DNA from: an uncultured Candidatus Saccharibacteria bacterium
Lineage (GTDB): Bacteria; Patescibacteriota; Minisyncoccia; Phycocordibacterales; JACOZG01
Assembly (NCBI GenBank): GCA_964564105.1
Contig: CAZLZS010000011.1
Location: 1-28,785 of the forward strand
Direction of reading: 5' to 3'
DNA: 28,785 bases
Made by a program: the position numbers and the translations under genes. This document shows positions 9,228 through 16,899 of this stretch, one piece after another (the first letter of the stretch is position 1; each line of letters starts with the position of its first letter). Under the pieces are notes generated by a model. That model had not been told where the DNA came from. It did no database searches and was given only the letters and a program-made list of their open reading frames with translations.

Positions 9228-9902
9228 ATGGCGTTGCTAGTCTCTCATCGAGATGAAGAATCATATTTTGGCGATGAACTACAGCTTGATGTCGGTCAAA
9301 AACTTCATTTCGCCGAGATGATTTTTTGGCTCTTGGCGGAACGCCGGCCCACCGCCGCCGAACTGGCAGTATTTGGACTAATTCTTAATCTCTCAATCGA
9401 TCACGGATCCGAGACGCCATCGGCCAAGGCGACTATCGCGGCGACCAAAGCCGGTCATCCGATAAGCGAGGCAGTCGCCTCCGGGATCAAAGAAATCGAT
9501 CATGTTCATGGTGGAGCGCAGGAAGCCTTGATGCCGATCTTGTATCAAATGGTAAAGGGAAATGTGTCCGCCGCGACTATTATTCGGGATTATCTTTTAC
9601 GAAAAGAACGGGTGCCTGGTTTTGGCCATCGACTTTATACTAAGGTAGATCCGCGGGCGGAATTAATCTTAACTACCCTGCAAGCTCACAGTTTAGGTGA
9701 AGAATATATCAAGGCCGGTTGCTCTCTTGGACAAACACTCAAGCAGGTCACTGGTAAAGACTTGCCGTTTAATATCGACGGTGCGATTGCGGTCGCACTC
9801 TGCGCCTTTGATTTCCCTTCAGCGCTCGGTGCTGCTGTGTTCATCGTCGCGCGTACGCCGGGTTTGTGTGCCCATTTTATAAGTAATCGCCCAGAGACTT
9901 AA
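9228..9902 (+). CDS. Citrate synthase-like catalytic (C-terminal) domain protein; citryl-CoA lyase-like
   Basis: 224 aa. HVHGGAQEA (His274-type), PGFGHRLYTKVDPRA (citrate synthase GFGHRVYK..DPRA, His320-type) and NIDGAIAV (Asp375-type) are the three catalytic signature regions of citrate synthase, ACL C-terminus and Ccl. Confidence 0.75.
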   Translation: MALLVSHRDEESYFGDELQLDVGQKLHFAEMIFWLLAERRPTAAELAVFGLILNLSIDHGSETPSAKATIAATKAGHPISEAVASGIKEIDHVHGGAQEALMPILYQMVKGNVSAATIIRDYLLRKERVPGFGHRLYTKVDPRAELILTTLQAHSLGEEYIKAGCSLGQTLKQVTGKDLPFNIDGAIAVALCAFDFPSALGAAVFIVARTPGLCAHFISNRPET

Positions 9903-9941
9903 AAGTTTTTTATTTTTGACCTATGTTATACTGAGGTAACG

Positions 9942-12074
9942 ATGTCATTAAATTCTATTTTGAAATGGGCAATTACGGTCGGGCTCATCGTGCTGACAGC
10001 CGTGCCGCTCTTAGTGTCTGAATCACTCTTTTTCCCCTTCATCACTGGTAAGGGGTTCTTTTTTCGGATTATTATCGAAGTGATTTTTAGCTTGTGGTTG
10101 ATTTTGGCTTTACGCGATCCGGGCTATCGGCCGCGATCGTCCTGGATTTTTAAGGCCGCGGCCGGGTTCATTATTGTGTTGATTCTGGCCACAGTGTTCA
10201 GTGTAAACTCCTACCGCAGTTTCTGGTCAAATTACGAGCGGATGGAGGGTCTGGTGAGTTATCTGCATCTTTTCGCTTTTTTTCTGATTTTGGTTTCGGT
10301 GATGAAAACCGAACGACTCTGGGGCTGGTTTTTGCACAGCTCGCTGGTCGTTAACGCGGTGATCGGCGTCTATTCGCTTTTGCAGCTTGCCGGCAAACTG
10401 GAAATTCATCAAGGCGGCGCGCGCGTGGACGCCACGCTCGGCAACGCCACTTATCTGGCGGTCTATGTATTATTCCATATTTTCCTGTTGAGTTTTTTAC
10501 TTTCCCGTTTGCTTAATGCCGGCCGCTGGCGGAAAGAATTAAGCCAACGTTTGGCCGGCGCTGGTTATTTACTATTATTGATTCTTGATCTGCTCGTGCT
10601 TTTTCAGACTCAAACTCGCGGCGCAATTTTGGGTTTGGTCGGCGGCGTTCTGATCGCCGCCGTCTGGCTGTTTTTATTTTCGCCGCGCGCGACTCGCGCG
10701 CGGCGCTTGGCTTCCGGCTTGATGATTGCGGTTTTAGTTTTGATCAGCGGATTTTTAACGGTCAAAGACACAACTCTGGTACAAAATAGCGCCACCCTCA
10801 AACGTCTAGCGGACATTTCACTGACCGAGCAGACTACTCGCTCGCGCTTCATGGTTTGGAACATGAGTTGGCAGGGATTCAAGGCGCGGCCGGTTTTAGG
10901 TTGGGGGCCGGAGAATTTCATTGTGGTTTTCAACAAATATTACAATCCGTTGATGTATGATCAAGAGCAATGGTTTGACCGCGCCCATAACGTTTTTTTC
11001 GACTGGTTGATCGCCGCCGGTATTTTAGGCCTATTGTCTTACTTGATGCTTTTCGTTGTCGTGATCTACTATCTTTTCAAACTTAGGGGTGGGGGAGGGT
11101 TCAGGGTTAGTGAGCAGGCGATAATTGTCGGCCTGCTCGCTGCTTACTTTCTTCACAACTTTTTTGTCTTTGACCAACTCGTGAGTCTCTTACTATTTTT
11201 TGGTCTTTTGGCCTACCTGCATACGAGATTTGCGATTGATTGGTCAGAACGGGTCAAGCAGTATTTTATGGCGTCAACGTCGCGTTGGCTGGCGACTGCT
11301 GGCGTGATCGCCGCGGTCATTGGTCTGGTGATAGTTTTTTACTTTGTCAATTTGAAACCGGCGTTGGCCTCACGGACTTTGCTTAGTGCTTTAAGTTTGC
11401 AACGTGCTCCAACAGAAAGTCTCAAACGTTTCGAGCGCGTTTTCGCCTACAACACTTTCGGTTCGGCCGAGGCGACCGAGCAATTGATGCCATTATCTTT
11501 GTCGCTTGCCCGGAATCAAGATGTACCGATTGCTCTAAAACAAAAATTTATCAATCTCGCGGCTGAACGTTTAGAGGCCGAGATCAAACGCGCGCCGTGG
11601 AATGCTCGTTACTATCTATTTGCCGGTTCATTTTATCTTCGGATCGGACAAGTTGATTTAGCGCTCGAACGTTTGGAAAAAGCGCGTGAATTGTCGCCGA
11701 CCAAGCAGGCCATTCTTTTTGAACTTGGGCAGGCGTATTTGACTAAGGGTGATAAAACCGCCGCCCTGGAGATTTTCCGTGAGGCCTATGAGTTGGCGCC
11801 CGGTTTTGATCAGGCCAGGGATTACTTAATAAATATGTATGTGGAGATAAAACAGTTCGATAAATTAATAGCTTTATGGCAAGAAAAAGTGGCTCTGGCG
11901 CCGACTAACGCCGATTACCGCGGTTCGCTTGGCCTATCATATTTTTACGCGGGCCAACGCGAGCAGGCAGTGGTTGAATTTCAGAAGGTGGGTGAATTAA
12001 ACCCTGCTTATCAGCCAGAGGTTGAACGGGTAATTCGCGAAATCCGCGCCGGCCGGAATCCTTTGCCTCAATAA
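9942..12074 (+). CDS. Polytopic membrane protein with Wzy_C/O-antigen-ligase-like domain and C-terminal TPR repeats
   Basis: 710 aa with more than 10 predicted TM helices. Wzy_C-type motif FDRAHNVFFDWLIAAGILGLLSYL. The C-terminal ~250 aa are soluble TPR-like repeats (LGQAYLTKGDKTAALEIFREAYELAP...). An extended -10 TGTTATACT (9924-9932) lies 10 nt upstream of the ATG, so the mRNA looks leaderless. Confidence 0.75.
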   Translation: MSLNSILKWAITVGLIVLTAVPLLVSESLFFPFITGKGFFFRIIIEVIFSLWLILALRDPGYRPRSSWIFKAAAGFIIVLILATVFSVNSYRSFWSNYERMEGLVSYLHLFAFFLILVSVMKTERLWGWFLHSSLVVNAVIGVYSLLQLAGKLEIHQGGARVDATLGNATYLAVYVLFHIFLLSFLLSRLLNAGRWRKELSQRLAGAGYLLLLILDLLVLFQTQTRGAILGLVGGVLIAAVWLFLFSPRATRARRLASGLMIAVLVLISGFLTVKDTTLVQNSATLKRLADISLTEQTTRSRFMVWNMSWQGFKARPVLGWGPENFIVVFNKYYNPLMYDQEQWFDRAHNVFFDWLIAAGILGLLSYLMLFVVVIYYLFKLRGGGGFRVSEQAIIVGLLAAYFLHNFFVFDQLVSLLLFFGLLAYLHTRFAIDWSERVKQYFMASTSRWLATAGVIAAVIGLVIVFYFVNLKPALASRTLLSALSLQRAPTESLKRFERVFAYNTFGSAEATEQLMPLSLSLARNQDVPIALKQKFINLAAERLEAEIKRAPWNARYYLFAGSFYLRIGQVDLALERLEKARELSPTKQAILFELGQAYLTKGDKTAALEIFREAYELAPGFDQARDYLINMYVEIKQFDKLIALWQEKVALAPTNADYRGSLGLSYFYAGQREQAVVEFQKVGELNPAYQPEVERVIREIRAGRNPLPQ

Positions 12075-12094
12075 ACGCGTTAGACAGATTTTAG

Positions 12095-12103
12095 TTATCC
12101 ACA
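12095..12103 (+). promoter_or_regulatory. Perfect DnaA-box consensus TTATCCACA
   Basis: Exact 9-mer. One of four identical same-strand copies, all intergenic. This one sits just upstream of the C10 tract and the TATAAT of the 12205 gene. Confidence 0.35.
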
Positions 12104-12113
12104 CTGGCAGTTC

Positions 12114-12123
12114 ACCCCCCCCC
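12114..12123 (+). repeat. Homopolymeric C10 tract in the promoter spacer, followed by a perfect -10 TATAAT (12136-12141)
   Basis: Ten consecutive C at 12114-12123. TATAAT begins 12 nt downstream. The tract occupies the -35/spacer position of the promoter for the secreted-protein gene at 12205. Confidence 0.8.
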
Positions 12124-12204
12124 TTCTTTAGAGAGTATAATTTGCTAAACAGCTTTTATCTAAGCTGGTCGAATTGGTGAATTAAAAATCAAACTAGAAA
12201 TTAA

Positions 12205-12909
12205 ATGATCAAAAATATTCTTAAGGGTTTCCCACGTCTGTTATTTTCGTCTTTACTTTGTCTTTTGGTCTTTGCCTTCTTTACCTATGCCGCGAGTACT
12301 ATTAGTACCAATATCTCAACTGATGGCACTTTAACCGTCAACGGCAATTCGACTTTTGGCGATGCGGCAACGGATGTTAATTTATTCACCGGGACGCTGC
12401 AGGCTTCAACCACTGCCTTGTTTACAAGCGGATTTACGACTTTTGGCGCTTCAGTTTTTAACGAAAACAGCGGGGCGCTTGACTTCCGGGTGGAAAGTGA
12501 CGGTCAAGCCAACATGCTGTACGTTGATGGAACCAATGATAGGGTTGGCATTGCCAGTAGTACGCCATATGTGGCTTTAGGGGTAGTTGGAACGACTACT
12601 TCAAGTCTCGGCATGAGAATTGGGGCCACCGGATCAGGTATTACTCAACTGTATTTTGGTACTTGTTCTGTCAATTTGCCCAATATTACAGCTAGCAGTA
12701 CGGCCTCAGCTGACTGCACAGCGACCGGAGTTAATCTGGGTGACAAAGTTTTTGTTACTCCGGCCAGTTTAGAGAATCACGTTGTTTTCACTAGCGCTTC
12801 CACGACAGCGGCTGATACGATTCAGGTAAGTGCTTATAATTACGGCGGTGGTCAAGGCACCGCGGTTAATCCGGCCGCGGCGACTTGGTCCTGGATGGCA
12901 GTACGGTAA
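12205..12909 (+). CDS. Secreted Thr/Ser/Gly-rich beta-rich protein (surface protein/adhesin-like), hypothetical
   Basis: 234 aa. N-terminal signal peptide MIKNILKGFPRLLFSSLLCLLVFAFFTYAAS. Low-complexity T/S/G-rich mature region. Confidence 0.6.
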   Translation: MIKNILKGFPRLLFSSLLCLLVFAFFTYAASTISTNISTDGTLTVNGNSTFGDAATDVNLFTGTLQASTTALFTSGFTTFGASVFNENSGALDFRVESDGQANMLYVDGTNDRVGIASSTPYVALGVVGTTTSSLGMRIGATGSGITQLYFGTCSVNLPNITASSTASADCTATGVNLGDKVFVTPASLENHVVFTSASTTAADTIQVSAYNYGGGQGTAVNPAAATWSWMAVR

Positions 12910-12931
12910 TTTCTTTCGCCCTATAATCTTC

Positions 12932-13891
12932 ATGAAAAATGCCTATCTAATCATCTTTTTGTGTCTGACTTTATTTTCTTTGCCGTTAGCCGGTTTTGCC
13001 GCTTACAATGATGTTACTTTAACCACAGACGCGAAAATTACCGCTGGCGGAGCCACTCTCGATGTCACGACCTCGAGTGCGGTGTTAGAGTCTATAATTG
13101 TCAATGCTAGCAATTTTGTAGTGACTCTAGTTTCTTCTGGCACCGGATTGTCGTCAATTCGAGTGTCGTCACCCAATAGATACAAGCTTAATCATTCTGT
13201 TAGCCCAACCTCGGCTTATGTTGTGGCTGATGAATGCAATACTGGTGCTTCAGTAGTTGAGTTTAAGGCGCTTTCCGGTATCAACATAAATGTTACCGTG
13301 ACTCCTGATACAACCCTTACTTGTTCCGGGTCCGGGAGTGGCAGTGGTAGTACCGGCGGCGGTGGCGGTGGTGGTTCAACACCGCCGCCAGCGACTCCGT
13401 CAGCGGTTCCTCCAGTCCCGCCAGTCGTGGTACCGCCAGTGATTCCGCCGCCGTTTGTGGCCCAACCGTCAGCCGTGGCCTTGGCGGTTTCGCCGGTCTT
13501 TAATCGGACCTTGCAGTTTGGTATGGTTGGCGAGGATGTTAAACGTTTGCAGGAGTTGCTAAATTCTGATCCGGAAACCTTAGTGGCGGTTTCTGACGCT
13601 GGCTCGCCGGGCAATGAGACAGACTTTTTCGGTAATTTGTCTCGCCGGGCAGTGGGCAAGTTCCAGCTTAAATATTCCGTGATCGCGAGTGAAGAAGATA
13701 ACGGTTATGGCATTGTTGGTCCCAGAACCCGCGCCAAACTGGCTGAAGTGTTTGGCGGCCAAATCGGGCCGGCGCCGATTCCTGAATTTCAGACTGCCGC
13801 CGTGGCCATCCTGCAAGCCGAACTTCGGCAACTATTGGAGCAGTTAGCGATTTTGTTGCAAGCTCAATTGCGATCTCTAACCGGGCAGTAA
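12932..13891 (+). CDS. Secreted protein with Gly/Ser/Pro-rich linker and C-terminal PG_binding_1 (peptidoglycan-binding) domain
   Basis: The ORF track starts at 12830, but that overlaps the upstream gene. The signal peptide MKNAYLIIFLCLTLFSLPLAGFA begins at ATG 12932. A GSGSGS-G8-PPP linker follows. The C-terminal LQFGMVGEDVKRLQELLN..DGIVGPRTRAKL fits PG_binding_1. Confidence 0.65.
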   Translation: MKNAYLIIFLCLTLFSLPLAGFAAYNDVTLTTDAKITAGGATLDVTTSSAVLESIIVNASNFVVTLVSSGTGLSSIRVSSPNRYKLNHSVSPTSAYVVADECNTGASVVEFKALSGININVTVTPDTTLTCSGSGSGSGSTGGGGGGGSTPPPATPSAVPPVPPVVVPPVIPPPFVAQPSAVALAVSPVFNRTLQFGMVGEDVKRLQELLNSDPETLVAVSDAGSPGNETDFFGNLSRRAVGKFQLKYSVIASEEDNGYGIVGPRTRAKLAEVFGGQIGPAPIPEFQTAAVAILQAELRQLLEQLAILLQAQLRSLTGQ

Positions 13892-13904
13892 TCCCCAATC
13901 GAGA

Positions 13905-13932
13905 TTGACATAAACTCGGCCGTAAGTATAAT
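13905..13932 (+). promoter_or_regulatory. Consensus sigma70 promoter (TTGACA-N16-TATAAT)
   Basis: TTGACA at 13905-13910, a 16-nt spacer, TATAAT at 13927-13932. Predicted transcription start near 13939. Confidence 0.55.
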
Positions 13933-13938
13933 GGCTAA

Positions 13939-14169
13939 CGTGGGTGCTTTTGAGCGGCGCAAGCTGTTCAGAGCTCCAAGAATATAGATGTCTTGCGTAA
14001 GTCCCGCCTTTCGGCGGGATTTGCGTCTATGGACGCCGAAGAGCTATAATACAGGCGATCGTGCCGAGTTGCCGCCGGCGGTCGCACTCACATTAAGACA
14101 TTTAGCTTTTGGAGCTCGCACCCGCCGGCGACATCTGGGCAGGCATGCCGATTTAATCAATTCTAAATT
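13939..14169 (+). ncRNA. Candidate structured leader RNA (riboswitch-like or cis-regulatory sRNA), ~230 nt, class unknown
   Basis: Starts at the predicted TSS of the consensus promoter. Concentric long-range helices: GGGTGC (13943-48) with GCACCC (14114-19); GAGCTCCAA (13970-78) with TTGGAGCTC (14105-13); GATGTCTT (13989-96) with AAGACATT (14089-96). They enclose local hairpins CCCGCC-TTTC-GGCGGG, GCGTC-TATG-GACGC and GCCGCCGGCGG. No ORF of 60 aa or more. Confidence 0.3.
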
Positions 14170-14325
14170 ATGCGTTACACTTGGACCTCGGTCGCCATTC
14201 TCTTTATCTGGATTTCCGCTTCGATTTTGATGGTCTCTAATCGTCTGCCGGATCCGGAGCTGTTTTTCGTCTTTTTGATGGCGATTACTGTGATTCTGGC
14301 TCTGATCGGTTTTCGTTCTAAATAG
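14170..14325 (+). CDS. Small two-TM membrane peptide (51 aa), paralog of the 17730..17897 peptide
   Basis: ATG 14170; the TAG stop abuts the ATG of the next gene (TAGATG). MRYTWTSVAILFIWISASILMVSNRLPDPELFFVFLMAITVILALIGFRSK. Shares a ..IWI.. core and the C-terminal LIGFRS with the second copy, including a 16-nt identical DNA stretch GATCGGTTTTCGTTCT. Absent from the ORF track because it is shorter than 60 aa. Confidence 0.5.
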   Translation: MRYTWTSVAILFIWISASILMVSNRLPDPELFFVFLMAITVILALIGFRSK

Positions 14326-15888
14326 ATGTGGCTTAGTCGGACGCTTCGTTTTTTTCAGCGGCTGATTAAAATCAAGCTGATAATTTTGCGGCTGGCGTTT
14401 GATTGGCGGACCTCTCGGCCGGTACGTTTTCGGATGTTTTTCGAGCGCGCCGGCGGCGCGTTTTTGAAATTTGGTCAGATCCTTTCGCTCCGGCACGATT
14501 TCATCCCGCCGGCTTACGCCAACGAGCTGCTCAATCTCCTGTCGCGCGTGGAGCCGCAGCCGTGGTCGGCCTTGCGCGAGGTCTTTATCGCCGAGATTGG
14601 CGCGCCGCCGGAAAAAGTGTTTCAGCAATTTGATAACCAGCCGATCGCTTCGGCCTCGATCTCGCAAGTTTATCGCGCCGTCTTGCCGGGAGGAGAAACA
14701 GTCGCCGTTAAGATTCAGCGCCCGGGGATCCGCGAAGTGTTTGAAACTGATTTTATTCTGGCCTCATTTCTCGGCGGTCTCTTGTCGATTTTTCGTTTTT
14801 TCGATTCCTTTCAGATTCAAGATATTGTCAGCGAATTTATTTCCGCCACGCGGCGCGAGCTTGATTTCCGAGAAGAATCGAAAAATTCGTTGGCTCTCTT
14901 AGCTCACTCGAGCGAGCATCCCCAAACCATTATCCCCAAATGTTACTCGGAGCTCTCGACCGAGCGGGTGCTGGTGAGCGAATACATGTCCGAGATTTTG
15001 TCAGTGGAAACAGTGCTCGAGCGGCTCGCAGTCAATCTCGGTTATGCCGCCGAGCTTAAAGAGCATCAGCGGATTGATCTTGAAGCCCTGGCCTATTATT
15101 TCGTTTTTGACATTATGCGGCAGTATTTCATCGACGGCTTTTTTCACGCTGATCCGCATCCGGCTAATCTCTTTCTTGCGCCGGACAATCGTTTGGGTTA
15201 TTTTGATTTTGGCATTATCGGGCGGGCAGGCAAGAATCGCCTCGACCTACTCCGAATCATCTACGGTATCGCTAAACGCGATCTCAATTTTTCGAGCCGA
15301 CATTTCCTCCGTTTCGCCAAGAGTGCGATTGCCAAAGAAATGGAGCTCTTCAAGCAGAAAGATCGGACCACTTACGATCGTTACGCCAAAGTGCTCGAGA
15401 AACTGGAAGAAATTATGACCGACAATCTGCACGCCGATCTCGAAAAGATTCTCGCGCCCTGGTACCAAGATCAATCTTCTCGCGATTATCATCATTTGAC
15501 CTCTTCTATCGTTATTTCCAAAATGATCCTCCGAGCTCGGGACTACAGTATCTATTTGCCGCGTGAGATCATTATGTTTTTCCGTACTTTGATTATTTCC
15601 GATATGGTTGCTCTGCGCCTGGCGCCAAATTTTAACATTATGAAAGCACTCAATCGCTTTTTTGATCGTTATCCGCTCGGTGTGGCCGAGGAGTTGATCA
15701 CGGCGCGGGTCCACGAAGCTAAACTCGAAGAAACAGTGGACGCGGCCGCGCACCTGAGTTTTGAAGAACTGTTGGCGCAGAAGGAAGCCGAGCAAGAAGA
15801 ATTGAGTCTGGCCAAGGAGCGCCTAATCAATCTGATTGCCGCTTACGCCGAGGATTATCAGGAGGTTCGCCAGTTGCTGAAGACTTAG
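14326..15888 (+). CDS. UbiB/ABC1/AarF-family atypical protein kinase
   Basis: 520 aa. FLKFGQILSLRHDFIPPAYANEL, IASASISQVYRAVLPGGETVAVKIQRPGI and HADPHPANLF are the ABC1/UbiB kinase-like signature motifs. Confidence 0.85.
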   Translation: MWLSRTLRFFQRLIKIKLIILRLAFDWRTSRPVRFRMFFERAGGAFLKFGQILSLRHDFIPPAYANELLNLLSRVEPQPWSALREVFIAEIGAPPEKVFQQFDNQPIASASISQVYRAVLPGGETVAVKIQRPGIREVFETDFILASFLGGLLSIFRFFDSFQIQDIVSEFISATRRELDFREESKNSLALLAHSSEHPQTIIPKCYSELSTERVLVSEYMSEILSVETVLERLAVNLGYAAELKEHQRIDLEALAYYFVFDIMRQYFIDGFFHADPHPANLFLAPDNRLGYFDFGIIGRAGKNRLDLLRIIYGIAKRDLNFSSRHFLRFAKSAIAKEMELFKQKDRTTYDRYAKVLEKLEEIMTDNLHADLEKILAPWYQDQSSRDYHHLTSSIVISKMILRARDYSIYLPREIIMFFRTLIISDMVALRLAPNFNIMKALNRFFDRYPLGVAEELITARVHEAKLEETVDAAAHLSFEELLAQKEAEQEELSLAKERLINLIAAYAEDYQEVRQLLKT

Positions 15889-15896
15889 ATAATTTG

Positions 15897-15905
15897 TGTT
15901 ATAAT
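15897..15905 (+). promoter_or_regulatory. Extended -10 element TGTTATAAT
   Basis: Identical 9-mer to the one at 21490. It ends 8 nt before ATG 15913, so the mRNA looks leaderless. Confidence 0.4.
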
Positions 15906-15912
15906 CAAGGTT

Positions 15913-16041
15913 ATGAACAATCGTGATTATGATAAAATAGATGAAGCAGTCGTCTATGAGTACATTCAAAAAGCCCCTGACATTTTCCGGCAATTCGCCA
16001 AGTATTTCGTCGAGTTTTTAGATAAGGACAAAGATAAATAA
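15913..16041 (+). CDS. Small hydrophilic ORF (42 aa), possibly leaderless-translated
   Basis: MNNRDYDKIDEAVVYEYIQKAPDIFRQFAKYFVEFLDKDKDK. The ATG lies directly at the predicted TSS of the extended -10 promoter. No homology recognised. Confidence 0.25.
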   Translation: MNNRDYDKIDEAVVYEYIQKAPDIFRQFAKYFVEFLDKDKDK

Positions 16042-16047
16042 AATAAT

Positions 16048-16896
16048 ATGAACGAACAAACATCCCAGCCGCAAGAATCATTGTCAGCACCGAGCCTGTC
16101 CGCCGACGAGGCTGGTGTTGCGTCGGAATCAGGAAATCTGATTTCCGGTGGAAATCAGATTTCCTCCAAGAGTCGCGGGCTTCTCATCGCGCTCTTGTTT
16201 ATCCTCGCGCTCGGCTTGGGCGGCTGGCTCGTCTGGCGCTGGTGGCCGGCGGGTGTCGTCCCGCCACCGAGCGATGTTCCACCGCCAGTCGTAGTCGAAG
16301 ATACAAACATCGAACCGCCCGCTTCCGCCGCTATCATATATGATAGTGAAACCGGGGTTGATACTTCCAATTGGCAAACTTACCGCAATGAGGAGTATGG
16401 GTTTGAGTTTCGATATCCGGACGAATGGAAGATTATTGCTTGTGCACAAGGTGATAGCAAATATTGCTCGCTTATTCTTGAATTTCCTTTTGTTATTGAA
16501 TTTCCTAGTGAACTTAAAGGTCAAATTGGTACCGGTAAAGTATCTGTGTCTGTACGTGACACAACGAGTTCTTATAGCAGAGAGTCCGAAAATGACCGAA
16601 TTCAAGAAATAGTGGAGGCAAACTACATAACACCGCCCGGAACCTTTGGTGTTGAGACTGATTATCATCGGGAATCAGATCGGTACTCTCTTGCAAGTTT
16701 CGTAAATCAAAACAAGGTATCGGTGTTTTATTCTAAATATGTTGGTAAATATGGAGATACAGATGCCACATATTACTTTGACACTAACAAAGAAAAGACA
16801 GTTAGTTTTATCGGTAGTTCGATAGATGTAAATTTTATAGAACTTAATAAAACTTTATCAAAAATAGTAGGTTCAGTCGGTTTATTAAATGAGTGA
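16048..16896 (+). CDS. Membrane-anchored hypothetical protein (N-in, single TM, Pro-rich stalk, extracytoplasmic domain)
   Basis: 282 aa. Low-complexity N-terminus, TM helix LLIALLFILALGLGGWLVW, then PPPSDVPPPVVV, then a globular domain with WQTYRNEEYGFEFRYPDEW. Confidence 0.6.
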   Translation: MNEQTSQPQESLSAPSLSADEAGVASESGNLISGGNQISSKSRGLLIALLFILALGLGGWLVWRWWPAGVVPPPSDVPPPVVVEDTNIEPPASAAIIYDSETGVDTSNWQTYRNEEYGFEFRYPDEWKIIACAQGDSKYCSLILEFPFVIEFPSELKGQIGTGKVSVSVRDTTSSYSRESENDRIQEIVEANYITPPGTFGVETDYHRESDRYSLASFVNQNKVSVFYSKYVGKYGDTDATYYFDTNKEKTVSFIGSSIDVNFIELNKTLSKIVGSVGLLNE

Positions 16897-16899
16897 ATT

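Noticed and set aside
13320-13460. Repetitive GSGSGS / GGGGGGG / PPV-rich DNA that could be mistaken for a repeat array
   Set aside because: It is in-frame low-complexity linker coding sequence of the PG-binding secreted protein. It has no spacer/repeat periodicity and is not a CRISPR array.
14044-14667. 207-aa minus-strand ORF (Arg/Lys-rich)
   Set aside because: It runs antisense across the consensus promoter, the structured leader and the N-terminus of the strongly supported UbiB/ABC1 gene. Its composition is typical of an antisense-of-GC-rich-gene artifact.
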